From positions 113,879 to 177,878 of IMG/VR virus record IMGVR_UViG_3300047510_001668: a stretch of 64,000 nucleotides of DNA; one strand, written 5' to 3'. The notes under the pieces were generated by a model. The model was not told where the DNA came from and did not search any database. It worked only from the letters and a program-made list of their open reading frames with translations. This DNA is from a virus. Position numbers and translations under genes: made by a program. Every line of letters starts with the position of its first letter. The stretch's first letter is position 1. This document shows, piece by piece, positions 18,811-27,570 of this stretch.

Positions 18811-19053
18811 TTAGTTACCGCCGAAGATACGGCTACCAGCAGTCTGGTAGGCAGCAGCCACGATGGAGCGTGAAGGACGACCCATGCGATAGGTCGTGGT
18901 CTCACCACGATTGGTGTACACGCAGAAACCCTCAGAACGAAGGTCGTTCACGCGGGCGCGGAGGTTACGGATGCCGAAGCGGCTCCGAGCCTGAGCGGCG
19001 CTGATGGTACGACCAGTTGAGAGGTAACGAACAAGACGGTCATTCTGTGACAT
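18811..19053 (-). CDS. Small winged helix-turn-helix protein
   Basis: RLVRYLSTGRTISAAQARSRFGIRNLRARVNDLRSEG; start at MSQND with AAGGAG RBS (longest ORF starts at 19122). Confidence 0.7.
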   Translation of the reverse strand: MSQNDRLVRYLSTGRTISAAQARSRFGIRNLRARVNDLRSEGFCVYTNRGETTTYRMGRPSRSIVAAAYQTAGSRIFGGN

Positions 19054-19086
19054 AGTAAATCTCCTTATATCGCCCTTTTCAATGAC

Positions 19087-19119
19087 GGAGCGCACGGCGG
19101 GCGGAAAACCGTGCGCTCC
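19087..19119. other. GC-rich 11-bp stem-loop between two early genes
   Basis: ggagcgcacgg-N11-ccgtgcgctcc, a perfect inverted repeat with no U-tract. Confidence 0.75.
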
Positions 19120-19129
19120 CAATGTTATG

Positions 19130-19447
19130 TTACTTGGTCTTCTTTACAGTCTTGACAGCCTTTGAAGCAGGGCGGAGACGGCGAGCCGCTGCGGCAATGG
19201 CATCCTGATAGACCTGCTCCGAAATCGAGGCATCATTAGAGCCACGAAGATAGTCCAGAGCCTGATTCTTGGTCATGGCATTCGGCAGGTCAACCCAAAC
19301 CACAGAGTTGACACCGAGCTTGCCCAGAGCCTTGGTGTAGCGGGTCCGGTCGTTAGTGAACCGAATCTTGGTGCCAATGGTCTTGCCATTGCCACGCGTC
19401 CCGCCGTTAGTGAAACAAACGAAAGAAACCTTGTCAGAATTACGCAT
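19130..19447 (-). CDS. Early hypothetical protein
   Basis: Start MRNSDK with GGAGG RBS; ...KIRFTND...VWVDLPNAMTKNQAL; GC-richer codon usage. Confidence 0.7.
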   Translation of the reverse strand: MRNSDKVSFVCFTNGGTRGNGKTIGTKIRFTNDRTRYTKALGKLGVNSVVWVDLPNAMTKNQALDYLRGSNDASISEQVYQDAIAAAARRLRPASKAVKTVKKTK

Positions 19448-19479
19448 AATACATCCTCCGAGAAAGAAGTTGAACATCT

Positions 19480-19530
19480 CACCTACATCTTAATTCTAAC
19501 ACACCTACAACCAATTGTCAAGCACCTACA
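19480..19530 (-). promoter_or_regulatory. sigma70-type promoter overlapped by three phased TGTAGGTG direct repeats
   Basis: TTGACA (19516-21)-N17-TAGAAT (19493-98); repeats start at 19480, 19502 and 19523. Confidence 0.8.
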
Positions 19531-19533
19531 CCA

Positions 19534-19716
19534 TCAATTTTTACCATTTTGATTTACCACTTCTTGGAATCGAGAGAGGTCGTAGAAACCTTCACCAAAG
19601 CTGGCCAGACGGTCCAGATATTCCTGTTCATCCAGATCCACATCTGCCCAGGTTCGCGTTGTGTTTGCTACCAGCCCCTTGGTGATTCCAAGAAGATCCA
19701 TCGAATTTTCTGACAT
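19534..19716 (-). CDS. Small early hypothetical protein
   Basis: Start MSENSM with GGAGGG RBS downstream of the promoter (longest ORF starts at 19812). Confidence 0.6.
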   Translation of the reverse strand: MSENSMDLLGITKGLVANTTRTWADVDLDEQEYLDRLASFGEGFYDLSRFQEVVNQNGKN

Positions 19717-19762
19717 TGTACTGCCCTCCGTGAGTGTGATGGGGAGTGTATCCCCTATATGA

Positions 19763-19824
19763 AATATAACACATTTTTGTCCATTTGTCAAGCCCTGGCT
19801 AAGTGCTTGCAAATCAACAACTTA
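19763..19824 (-). promoter_or_regulatory. sigma70-type early promoter with upstream palindrome (copy 2)
   Basis: TTGACA-N17-TATATT; TAAGTGCTTG-N5-CAACAACTTA at 19800-19824. Confidence 0.85.
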
Positions 19825-20508
19825 CACGGCGATGGGGCCCTGTGCTGAGGGGATCCACCGCCAGATTTTACGCAATAAAGATTTTTTCAAGCGAGTCCAA
19901 TCTGTCCCTTTAAAAGCACGCTTATAGAACATATAGCTATACAGCTTGGGATGTTGGTCTATGTGCTTGATAACGGTGGATGGTCTGAGTTCAGAATAGA
20001 GGTAATTGATTTCCATGGCAATGTCATGCGCATAGGCCTCAATTTCACACCATTCTCTGAGGTATTCAATTTCTGACAAACGCTTCTTGGACAGTTTATC
20101 AGAATGGAACACTTTCACCTTTCGTTCAGCTTGGTCTGGACGAAAAGCAAATTGACTTTCATGAATGAATTCATGTTGAGCAATCTGCGACAACATGAAG
20201 ATGAATCCATTGTAGTTGTGTCGTGTGAATTTGAAAGTGTTTCTGGCAGGTGTGAAATGCACATTCAACACAATGGCATTTTTCTTTTTTCCAGTATCGA
20301 AATACCCAGAAAAATTGTATGGCTGCTTGATGCTGCCACGCTTCACCTTCAGTTCCTTGTCACGTTTCACACGAATTCTGGCTCCCAGGGGGCGGAGCAC
20401 TTTGTTCAAACGGCGGGTGATGACACCATAAGGGAGTTCTTGCCCGATGATGTCATCAGCAGGGAAATGGTTTCGTAGTTCCTTGTGTATCTTACTAGCC
20501 AAGTACAT
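19822..20508 (-). CDS. HExxH zinc-metallopeptidase-like protein
   Basis: QHEFIHESQ...EIEAYAHD; start MYLASK with GGAGGT RBS after a late promoter (longest ORF starts at 20559). Confidence 0.6.
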   Translation of the reverse strand: MYLASKIHKELRNHFPADDIIGQELPYGVITRRLNKVLRPLGARIRVKRDKELKVKRGSIKQPYNFSGYFDTGKKKNAIVLNVHFTPARNTFKFTRHNYNGFIFMLSQIAQHEFIHESQFAFRPDQAERKVKVFHSDKLSKKRLSEIEYLREWCEIEAYAHDIAMEINYLYSELRPSTVIKHIDQHPKLYSYMFYKRAFKGTDWTRLKKSLLRKIWRWIPSAQGPIAV

Positions 20509-20531
20509 GGGAACCTCCGTTCTGACTCTCG

Positions 20532-20539
20532 TATTTATA
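20532..20539 (-). promoter_or_regulatory. T4 late promoter
   Basis: TATAAATA directly after the gp41 stop codon. Confidence 0.75.
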
Positions 20540-21922
20540 CTAGAACTTAATTCCATCAAAATTCTTCTTCACAAACGCCTTGGAAGTGAAAGCCACAGGC
20601 TTCTGCTCCACTTTCTCTTCCTGCATGATGTTCTTCTGAGCTGACATATCCACATCATACAATCTCATCTTGGCTCTGTCCACGCCAATAACGAAACGCT
20701 TGTGTTGAGAAGGATCATTGTATCTGTTCTTCAGTTGCTTGATGAGTAGTTGTCCCAGCTTTTCCAGGTCTTCTGTGGAAATAATACCAAACATGAAATC
20801 CGCAGTTGCCGGAAGTCCAAATGACTCACTAGTATCAGTAAGCTCCATATCACTATTTGCATAGCCACTCCTTGTGGTTTGTGTTGCTGACACAATCGGG
20901 ACATTGAACTCCACAGCCAACCCACGAAGTTCTTCTGCGATACCCTTGATGTAGATGTAGCTGTTCACACTGCCAGACATCTTGAATCGGCTGCTGGCAC
21001 AGATGTTCAGATAGTCAATGAAGATGATGTCAGGACGAAACTCCTTTTTCAAATCCAATTCATTCAACAAGGCTCTGAAATGACCAGAATGTGCTGATGC
21101 TGTGGGATATTCCTTGATGATGAGCTTGCCTTCTGTCTTGTTCTTGATTCTGGAAATTCTGTCATCAAACATCTGCTTGGGAAGATTCTTCAAATCATCC
21201 ATGGTGACATTCATCAAGTTGGCGTCAATACGTTCGGCGATACGTTCTTCAGCCATTTCCATGGTGATGTACAGCACGTTCTTACCTTGACTCATGGCGC
21301 CTGCTGCCATGTGACACATGAACAAACTCTTACCCACACCAGTGCCAGCCAAGGCGATATTCAATGTCTTGTTGGGCAATCCACCTTTGGTAATCTTGTT
21401 GAACATATCCAAATCAAACGGGATGCGTTCTTCTGTCTTGTGATAGAAATCAAATCGTTCATCAGCATCTGTGAGATAATCATGTCCCACGCTGTTGTCA
21501 AAACTGACACCCAACGCATCTTTCAGGATGTCCGGGATGGCTTCATTGGTGAACTTGTCATCCTTGCCATCAATGATTTGAATGGATTGCACAATGGCGT
21601 TATACACCGCCTTGTCCTTGCAGAACTTTTCTGTTTCTGCCAACATCCATTCTTTGTTGGTTTCTGAAGATTCCAAAGACACCACAATGTCCGACATCTT
21701 GGAATATTCATCCTCAGTCAATGACTTGTCATTTTGCAACAGAATGGTCAATGCCTCCCGACTAGGCGAGGCATTGTATTCATCCACGAATTGTTTGATG
21801 TGCTGAAACACCTTGCGTTCAGCCCAATCTGTGAAGTACTCGTTTTTTATGAAGGGAATGGTCTTTCGAAGATATCCTTCATCATTCAGCAGATTGCTGA
21901 GTATCAACGTTTCCAGTTTCAT
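20540..21922 (-). CDS. gp41: Replicative DNA helicase (gp41)
   Basis: AGTGVGKS Walker A, DYLNI, SATQTTRSG, QLKNRY. Confidence 0.95.
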   Translation of the reverse strand: MKLETLILSNLLNDEGYLRKTIPFIKNEYFTDWAERKVFQHIKQFVDEYNASPSREALTILLQNDKSLTEDEYSKMSDIVVSLESSETNKEWMLAETEKFCKDKAVYNAIVQSIQIIDGKDDKFTNEAIPDILKDALGVSFDNSVGHDYLTDADERFDFYHKTEERIPFDLDMFNKITKGGLPNKTLNIALAGTGVGKSLFMCHMAAGAMSQGKNVLYITMEMAEERIAERIDANLMNVTMDDLKNLPKQMFDDRISRIKNKTEGKLIIKEYPTASAHSGHFRALLNELDLKKEFRPDIIFIDYLNICASSRFKMSGSVNSYIYIKGIAEELRGLAVEFNVPIVSATQTTRSGYANSDMELTDTSESFGLPATADFMFGIISTEDLEKLGQLLIKQLKNRYNDPSQHKRFVIGVDRAKMRLYDVDMSAQKNIMQEEKVEQKPVAFTSKAFVKKNFDGIKF

Positions 21923-22223
21923 CCGTTACCTCTTTCTTGGAGTTTTCCACCATCTGTTCCAGAATGGCGTGCAGGACCTGTGAAATCAGTTCCTCCACAT
22001 CCTGCTTGCGTTCTTCAATATTAACACCTGCAGGCGCAAGCAACAAGTTGTAATCGAATTCAATCTTTCCATTGCCCTCCTCATCTTCACCAAGAAACTC
22101 AATTCGTCCCATGTTGAAATGCAATCCTGCAAATTCACCATCTGTGATTTCCAGATAATGATCCACGGAGCTATCAGGATACACTTCATTGTTTTTATGT
22201 ACAGTAAACTTAGGCATTGTCAT
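21882..22223 (-). CDS. Hypothetical protein between uvsX and gp41 (gp40 position)
   Basis: 113-aa ORF overlapping both neighbours. Confidence 0.65.
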   Translation of the reverse strand: MTMPKFTVHKNNEVYPDSSVDHYLEITDGEFAGLHFNMGRIEFLGEDEEGNGKIEFDYNLLLAPAGVNIEERKQDVEELISQVLHAILEQMVENSKKEVTDETGNVDTQQSAE

Positions 22224-23259
22224 ACTCCTCGTTAATCATCTCATCTGTGAACTCTGCCACCAGAGATGATGTGGAGATGGCATAGTTTTGTTTGATCCAA
22301 TCCTGAAAAGATGCATCCTTCAGGATGGGCATCCAGAACTCTCTGGCATATGTATCATTCAAGCGATACTTCTTGTCCTCACCCTTCTTTTGATACCAAC
22401 CATTCTGTGGCTTCACCACGTGTCCTGATTCCAGAGCCACATCCAGAAGACCAGACCAGGTGCTGATGCCACCTTCGAATGACACTTCCACAGGAATCTT
22501 GCTCTTCTCACGAACGAAGCGAGACTTTTCCACATTGATGATGAAGTTGTAACCCGTCAACCCATCAGCATCTTTTTCTTGTTGACGACCAATGATGAAG
22601 ATGTTGTCAGCCGAGTAGTAGATGCCAGTGCCACCAGACACGATGTCCTTGGGGAACATACCAATTTCCTTGTAGGTGTGATTCACCACCACCATGGGAA
22701 TGTCCTTGATGGTCAAATGAGGCGTGGACATACGGAACAAGCTCTTCAATTGCTTGGCGCGAGTCATGTCTGCCACGCTCTTGCCTTCCAAAGCATCTTC
22801 CACTTCCTTGCGTGATGCTAGATTACCTACAGAGTCCACGATGATGATGACATGCTCGCCACGTTCAATGTTGTTGATTTGTGACATCATATCATGCTTC
22901 AGTTGTTCAATGTCTGTGATGGGTGTGTGAATCACACGGTCCGTATCAATGCCAAAGCTCTTGAAATAGCCAGCCGGTGCACCAAACTCTGAATCATAGA
23001 ACAAGATGGCAGCATCTTCATACTTCTCCAGATAGCTCTTGGCCAACAACATGGCAAAGGCGGTCTTGAAGTGCTTGCTAGGGCCGGCGAACACCGTCAA
23101 TCCAGGCGTCAACCCACCATCCAAACGACCTGACAACGCCACGTTAATCATGGGCACAGGTGTCTGAATCATGTCCTTGGCAGAAAAGAACTTGCTTTCT
23201 GTCAGAATTTCTGTTTCACGAATTGTGGAATTCTTACGCAACTTATTGATTAATGACAT
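22210..23259 (-). CDS. uvsX: RecA-like recombinase
   Basis: AGPSKHFKT, FYDSEFG, DSVGNLAS, VSGGTGIYYSAD. Confidence 0.95.
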   Translation of the reverse strand: MSLINKLRKNSTIRETEILTESKFFSAKDMIQTPVPMINVALSGRLDGGLTPGLTVFAGPSKHFKTAFAMLLAKSYLEKYEDAAILFYDSEFGAPAGYFKSFGIDTDRVIHTPITDIEQLKHDMMSQINNIERGEHVIIIVDSVGNLASRKEVEDALEGKSVADMTRAKQLKSLFRMSTPHLTIKDIPMVVVNHTYKEIGMFPKDIVSGGTGIYYSADNIFIIGRQQEKDADGLTGYNFIINVEKSRFVREKSKIPVEVSFEGGISTWSGLLDVALESGHVVKPQNGWYQKKGEDKKYRLNDTYAREFWMPILKDASFQDWIKQNYAISTSSLVAEFTDEMINEEYDNA

Positions 23260-23268
23260 AACATCTCC

Positions 23269-25764
23269 TTAGAATAGGTCATCCAATGTGGCAACTTTAT
23301 TTGTACTCCATCCCAGACAATCCAGAATGGTTCTCATAGGCTCCAAGAAACTCTTGTCGAACATAGTATGATAATCAACATACTTGTGTAAGTCAAGCTC
23401 TTTTGGTAAACTGGTTGTGAAGGCGATGCTGTTCTCCTTGATGGGATTGGGTTCCTTCAGATACAAGTATTTCACTTTATCTCCTTCCTTAATCAACTCA
23501 TATTTCTTGTCCAGTTTTTTTGCTTTGATGTAGTGATTGTGTAACAAGGCACCCCGAACGTGAAGTGGTGTGGCTTTCATGTAGATGGTTGAACCAGAAT
23601 GATACTTGGCCAGATTGTTGGCACTTCTAGGGAAGGCAATTTCTTCTGGCGCCATTTGATGAAACTTCTGCTCCAAATCAGCAATGAAGTCTTGAATTTC
23701 AGTTTGTGTACAGGTCAGTGCCATCTTCACGGCATCACGAAGATACTGTCGAACACTGCCAGGCGTGCTGCTTCTGACAATCTCCAAGCCTTGCACCTTC
23801 AACTTGGGTTCCTGGTATCGCACACCTTCACTATCATACACGTTCAAGGCATATCGCTTCTTGGCCACCCAGATGGCACGGTCAGCAATCACCTCTCGCT
23901 TGAACTCCATCTTGGACACATACCCATTGGTGGAATGCATGATATGTTCACAGGCATCTGCCAACACCTTGGCCACCTTGTCTTTGCAGAACTTGTCAAT
24001 CACATCCACCACTTTGCTCTTGTCCAGATTGGAGAAGTGTTTCTGAACCAAATGATCCAATGTGATGTAGCAACTGTCTGTGTCAGAATAGAATGTGTAC
24101 TCCACACCTTCTGTCTCACACACCTTGTTCAAGTATTCATTCAAGGAACGACCCACGTGCTGAATGATGTACTGACCAGTCAGAGTGATGCCTTCGGCAA
24201 TTCTGTCATCATAGAATCGGAAGTATTGATTGGCCCAGGCACCATACAAACTGTTCAATTGAATCTTTCTAGCCATCTGAATGTTGTTGTACTTGCTGAT
24301 GAGCTTCACCTGGTTCACATCCTTGGTCTTCTCATATTCCTTCTGTGCTTCAATCATCTTCTTCTTGTAGAACACACGTTCTGTGAAAATCTTTTCCACA
24401 ATCTCAGGAAACAATCCCTGATGTTTGTGAGTGTAGCAATAGCCGTTTGCTGCCATGGCGTAATTCTTGTTCTTCAAGAAGTCATGGAAGTTCACATCTC
24501 CCTCCAACAGAATTTCTGGGCTGGCGTCGGCTGTGACACCCACCATCATGGTCTCAGGGCTCATGTTGTATTGCATGATGATGCTGGGATACAGAGATGC
24601 GGCGTCAAAACTCACCACCCAATCATACTTGCCAGGTACAGGTTCTTTCACATAGGCACCGGCAATGGTTCTGCCTTCATTGTCCTTCTTCTGATGCACA
24701 ATGATGTTCTTGGCCCAGAGATGATTATGAAGAATACAATCCCAGGTTCTCACCGCCGAGAAGATGTCTGTGAAGTTGCACTTGGCGTCATAGGCCATGG
24801 TGATAACCAGCTCAATCAACTTCATCTTGTCTTCCAAGGCATCCACCAGTTCCACGTCCACGATGTTGTACTCCACAAACGACTGCCAATCTTCTGTGTA
24901 GTGTTCTTTGAATGTCTCGTAGCCATGTTCCAACTTTCTACGACCCAACTCTTGTTGAGCAATGTAATCCAACTTGTAACTTTCTTGCGCTGAATATGTG
25001 AATTTCTTGTACAAGTCCAAGTAATCCAAGTTGCTGATGCCATAGATGTCGGCTGTGAGATACTCACGTCCATTCATGGTCACAGTTCGTTCATTCACAA
25101 TGCGCCACGGCGACAGATCCTTCACACGATCCTCACCCAACACTCGCTTAATTCTTACCATGAGATAGGGCAAGTCGAACAATTGTGTGTTCCACCCTGT
25201 CACCACATCAGGACAGTTAAGTTGCCAGAAGCGCAAGAAGGTGGAAAGTAGGTCGGCCTCATCTCGACACTTGATGTATTCGAAATTTTTCTTGATGTTG
25301 CTGATATCAAACTTCTTGGCACCAAATGTGGTAATCTTCTTGGTGATGTTGTCTTGCACAGTAATCAGCAACACCTCTTCAATGGGATTGTCCACGCTCG
25401 GGAACCCATTCTCTGATGCAGTTTCAATGTCAATAGTGAAGATGGTGAGTTGACTAATATCATAGTCCACCTCTTCTGGATATTCTTCTGTGATGTATTG
25501 ATAGGCGAATGATGTGTTGCCGAAGATGGGGAAGTTTTCCACCTCCTTGTACTTCTTCATGAAGTCCTTGGCATCATTAATGTCACCAAACTTCATGGGC
25601 TCTAGGTTGTCGCCAAACAAACTCTTGTGTTTGCTTTCCTGTTTCGTCTTGATGAACATGGTGGGACGAAATTCCACCTTGTGGTTGTCTTTCTTGCCAT
25701 TACGAACTTCACGAACCAATAGTTTGTTTCCAAACTGCAATACACTAGTGTAAAACTTTTTCAT
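23269..25764 (-). CDS. gp43: Family B DNA polymerase (gp43)
   Basis: Exonuclease motif DIET; SFDAASLYPS, KIQLNSLYG, YSDTDS. Confidence 0.97.
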   Translation of the reverse strand: MKKFYTSVLQFGNKLLVREVRNGKKDNHKVEFRPTMFIKTKQESKHKSLFGDNLEPMKFGDINDAKDFMKKYKEVENFPIFGNTSFAYQYITEEYPEEVDYDISQLTIFTIDIETASENGFPSVDNPIEEVLLITVQDNITKKITTFGAKKFDISNIKKNFEYIKCRDEADLLSTFLRFWQLNCPDVVTGWNTQLFDLPYLMVRIKRVLGEDRVKDLSPWRIVNERTVTMNGREYLTADIYGISNLDYLDLYKKFTYSAQESYKLDYIAQQELGRRKLEHGYETFKEHYTEDWQSFVEYNIVDVELVDALEDKMKLIELVITMAYDAKCNFTDIFSAVRTWDCILHNHLWAKNIIVHQKKDNEGRTIAGAYVKEPVPGKYDWVVSFDAASLYPSIIMQYNMSPETMMVGVTADASPEILLEGDVNFHDFLKNKNYAMAANGYCYTHKHQGLFPEIVEKIFTERVFYKKKMIEAQKEYEKTKDVNQVKLISKYNNIQMARKIQLNSLYGAWANQYFRFYDDRIAEGITLTGQYIIQHVGRSLNEYLNKVCETEGVEYTFYSDTDSCYITLDHLVQKHFSNLDKSKVVDVIDKFCKDKVAKVLADACEHIMHSTNGYVSKMEFKREVIADRAIWVAKKRYALNVYDSEGVRYQEPKLKVQGLEIVRSSTPGSVRQYLRDAVKMALTCTQTEIQDFIADLEQKFHQMAPEEIAFPRSANNLAKYHSGSTIYMKATPLHVRGALLHNHYIKAKKLDKKYELIKEGDKVKYLYLKEPNPIKENSIAFTTSLPKELDLHKYVDYHTMFDKSFLEPMRTILDCLGWSTNKVATLDDLF

Positions 25765-25800
25765 TCAACCGCTCCCGGGTCTTGAATGTGATTATGTTTT

Positions 25801-25846
25801 AATATAAACAAAACAACCAGGGATGTCAAGCACCCCTGGTGTTGTT
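25801..25846 (-). promoter_or_regulatory. sigma70-type gp43 promoter embedded in the upstream gene's terminator hairpin
   Basis: TTGACA (25824-29)-N17-TATATT (25801-06). The -35 box lies in the loop of ACCAGGGG/TCCCTGGT, which is followed by TGTTTTGTTT. Confidence 0.75.
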
Positions 25847-26147
25847 ATGGTAGCAATTCAATTTTTGGTTTGTTGGGAACCACAATACCTTTTCCTGTGA
25901 TGCTATGATATTGATTCCGAAGTTCATCAGCAGGTTCTGTGAACAGAATGATGTGTTTCTTGTCAAACTCGAACATCCGAGATTGTGAGAAAATCATGTA
26001 GGGTGCCAGACCCACGCTGTATTGTCCCTTTTCATTGGGAACAATCATCACCATGAGGGGTGTGTCAATGTCTACGGTATTCTCACGTATGGTGACATCA
26101 CCAATTAAATCTTCGCCTAGAAGCGTCTTGATACACATTAAAGCCAT
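25845..26147 (-). CDS. Sm/SH3-like conserved T4-type hypothetical protein
   Basis: IKTLLGEDLIGDV...YHSITGKGIVVP pattern. Confidence 0.65.
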   Translation of the reverse strand: MALMCIKTLLGEDLIGDVTIRENTVDIDTPLMVMIVPNEKGQYSVGLAPYMIFSQSRMFEFDKKHIILFTEPADELRNQYHSITGKGIVVPNKPKIELLP

Positions 26148-26186
26148 GATATACTCAATTGTAGGAGTGTTAGGAGGACTACTTAA

Positions 26187-26612
26187 TTATATAATGTCAA
26201 TCTTACGTGGCTTCTTTTCTTCTGGGATGATGCGTTCCAACTTAATGGCAAGCACACCGTCAGTCAATGAAGCATCACGTACTACTACGTCATCTGCGAG
26301 TGTCCACTTTCTAGTGAACGCACGCTTTGCTAAACCACGATGAACATATTCTTGTTCATCAGTGGATTCTGCCTTGGCTGAGATGGTGAGAACACCTTCA
26401 GCCAATTCAACATCAAGCTCACTGCGCTTGAATCCTGCCACAGCAAGTTCGATGCTCCAGTTTTCAGCATCATGCTTGATGATGTTGTATGGTGGGTAGT
26501 TGCTTGAAGCATTCATTGTTTGAATGTCTTGCAACCGATTCCAAAGTGGGTCAAACCCAATGGCCCATGGACCACCAATGCTGGATGTGTTGAATGTATA
26601 GGTACGTGTCAT
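26187..26612 (-). CDS. hsp20: Small heat-shock protein (Hsp20/IbpA family)
   Basis: YPPYNI, IELAVAGF, YVHRGLA, DGVLAIKLERIIPEEKKPRKIDI. Confidence 0.95.
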   Translation of the reverse strand: MTRTYTFNTSSIGGPWAIGFDPLWNRLQDIQTMNASSNYPPYNIIKHDAENWSIELAVAGFKRSELDVELAEGVLTISAKAESTDEQEYVHRGLAKRAFTRKWTLADDVVVRDASLTDGVLAIKLERIIPEEKKPRKIDII

Positions 26613-26662
26613 AATTCCTCCTGTCGAGCGAATGTGTTAGTGATACCCTTTCGGCGTATCTA
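26613..26662 (-). promoter_or_regulatory. hsp20 5'UTR with ROSE-like RNA thermometer
   Basis: A 5' GAAA hairpin, then AUUC-G(bulge)-CUC pairing with the SD region GAGGAAU. Confidence 0.6.
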
Positions 26663-26668
26663 AGGTTA

Positions 26669-26697
26669 AATGTAACTCCTAACACCCCTACAATCAA
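26669..26697 (-). promoter_or_regulatory. sigma70-type promoter for hsp20
   Basis: TTGATT-N17-TACATT. Confidence 0.6.
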
Positions 26698-26705
26698 GTA
26701 CTACT

Positions 26706-27125
26706 TTACTTCTTTTTTCCGATATTATATTTTGCTACTAGATTCCAATCCTTCTTTTCACCAAAAGCCAACACCTTGATTTGTGATAATGGTGCTGTAT
26801 CTTCACACATATCAGCATCCACAATCTCCACCAAGCCCCAATCTTCTAACAGATGGGCCACCGTGTTTCTGCGTTGCAAATCATTGTCAGACAAGTCAGC
26901 TTGTTTGCCATCAAGTGCAAACAGTTCCTTGAAATGAACAATGAAGTATCTGCCTTGCTTATGTAAAATATGACAACTCTGATACAACGTTTGGTCTTTG
27001 CGTGATGCCACACCAATACGTGTCAGTGTTTCACGAACCTTCAGAAAGTCATCTTGATTCACCAGTTTCACTTCCACGGGGTGATACCCTGGAATACTAG
27101 GTATGTTTATTAAGTCATGTGCCAT
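26706..27125 (-). CDS. regA: Translational repressor RegA
   Basis: DDFLKVRETLTRIGVAS...LYQSCHILHKQGRYFIVHFKELFALDG. Confidence 0.95.
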   Translation of the reverse strand: MAHDLINIPSIPGYHPVEVKLVNQDDFLKVRETLTRIGVASRKDQTLYQSCHILHKQGRYFIVHFKELFALDGKQADLSDNDLQRRNTVAHLLEDWGLVEIVDADMCEDTAPLSQIKVLAFGEKKDWNLVAKYNIGKKK

Positions 27126-27570
27126 TTGTCAATCCACCTGTGTTCAATCGTTCCTTAATGGTATTTAGTTGGTCAGGTGATAGAATCCTCAGAGCTTGCT
27201 GTGCCTTCTCAGTATTGTAATGATAATACTGTTTCACCACTTCAAGGTCTTGGACTTTTTCAGCCTTCAACCACTTATTAAATCTCTTGCGAGGTCTAAT
27301 GGTATTTATAAGGAAATCAAACTGGAGGCGTTTCTCCAAATGGGGACGACTATTCATTTCGTTGGCTGCGTGCACGGTGTCAGCCCCGAAACTCAAACTT
27401 TTGTTCACAACAAACGGATTGTACTGCTTCTCACTCCATTCATCCACTATCAGATGTTCTTTAGTGTAATGAATGGCATTCACGAAATCAAAAGGACTGA
27501 TTTTCGGCATCTTGTATTCTTCCACAATCCAGTCCTTGATGATTTCTCCATCAAGGTTCTTCTCGGTCAT
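27115..27570 (-). CDS. gp62: Clamp loader small subunit (gp62)
   Basis: SPFDFVNAI...YNPFVVNKSLS...QFDFLINTIRPRKRF; gene order. Confidence 0.9.
   Translation of the reverse strand: MTEKNLDGEIIKDWIVEEYKMPKISPFDFVNAIHYTKEHLIVDEWSEKQYNPFVVNKSLSFGADTVHAANEMNSRPHLEKRLQFDFLINTIRPRKRFNKWLKAEKVQDLEVVKQYYHYNTEKAQQALRILSPDQLNTIKERLNTGGLTNGT

Noticed and set aside
23599-24993. 464-aa plus-strand ORF
   Set aside because: It lies entirely antisense to gp43, has no RBS, promoter or recognisable motif, and is a shadow of the sense-strand codon bias. The same applies to other long plus-strand ORFs such as 32636-33208, 46571-47119 and 50041-50583.
27303-27310. TATAAATA inside gp62
   Set aside because: It coincides with the conserved LINT peptide codons. 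It could drive late regA transcription, but nothing else supports that.
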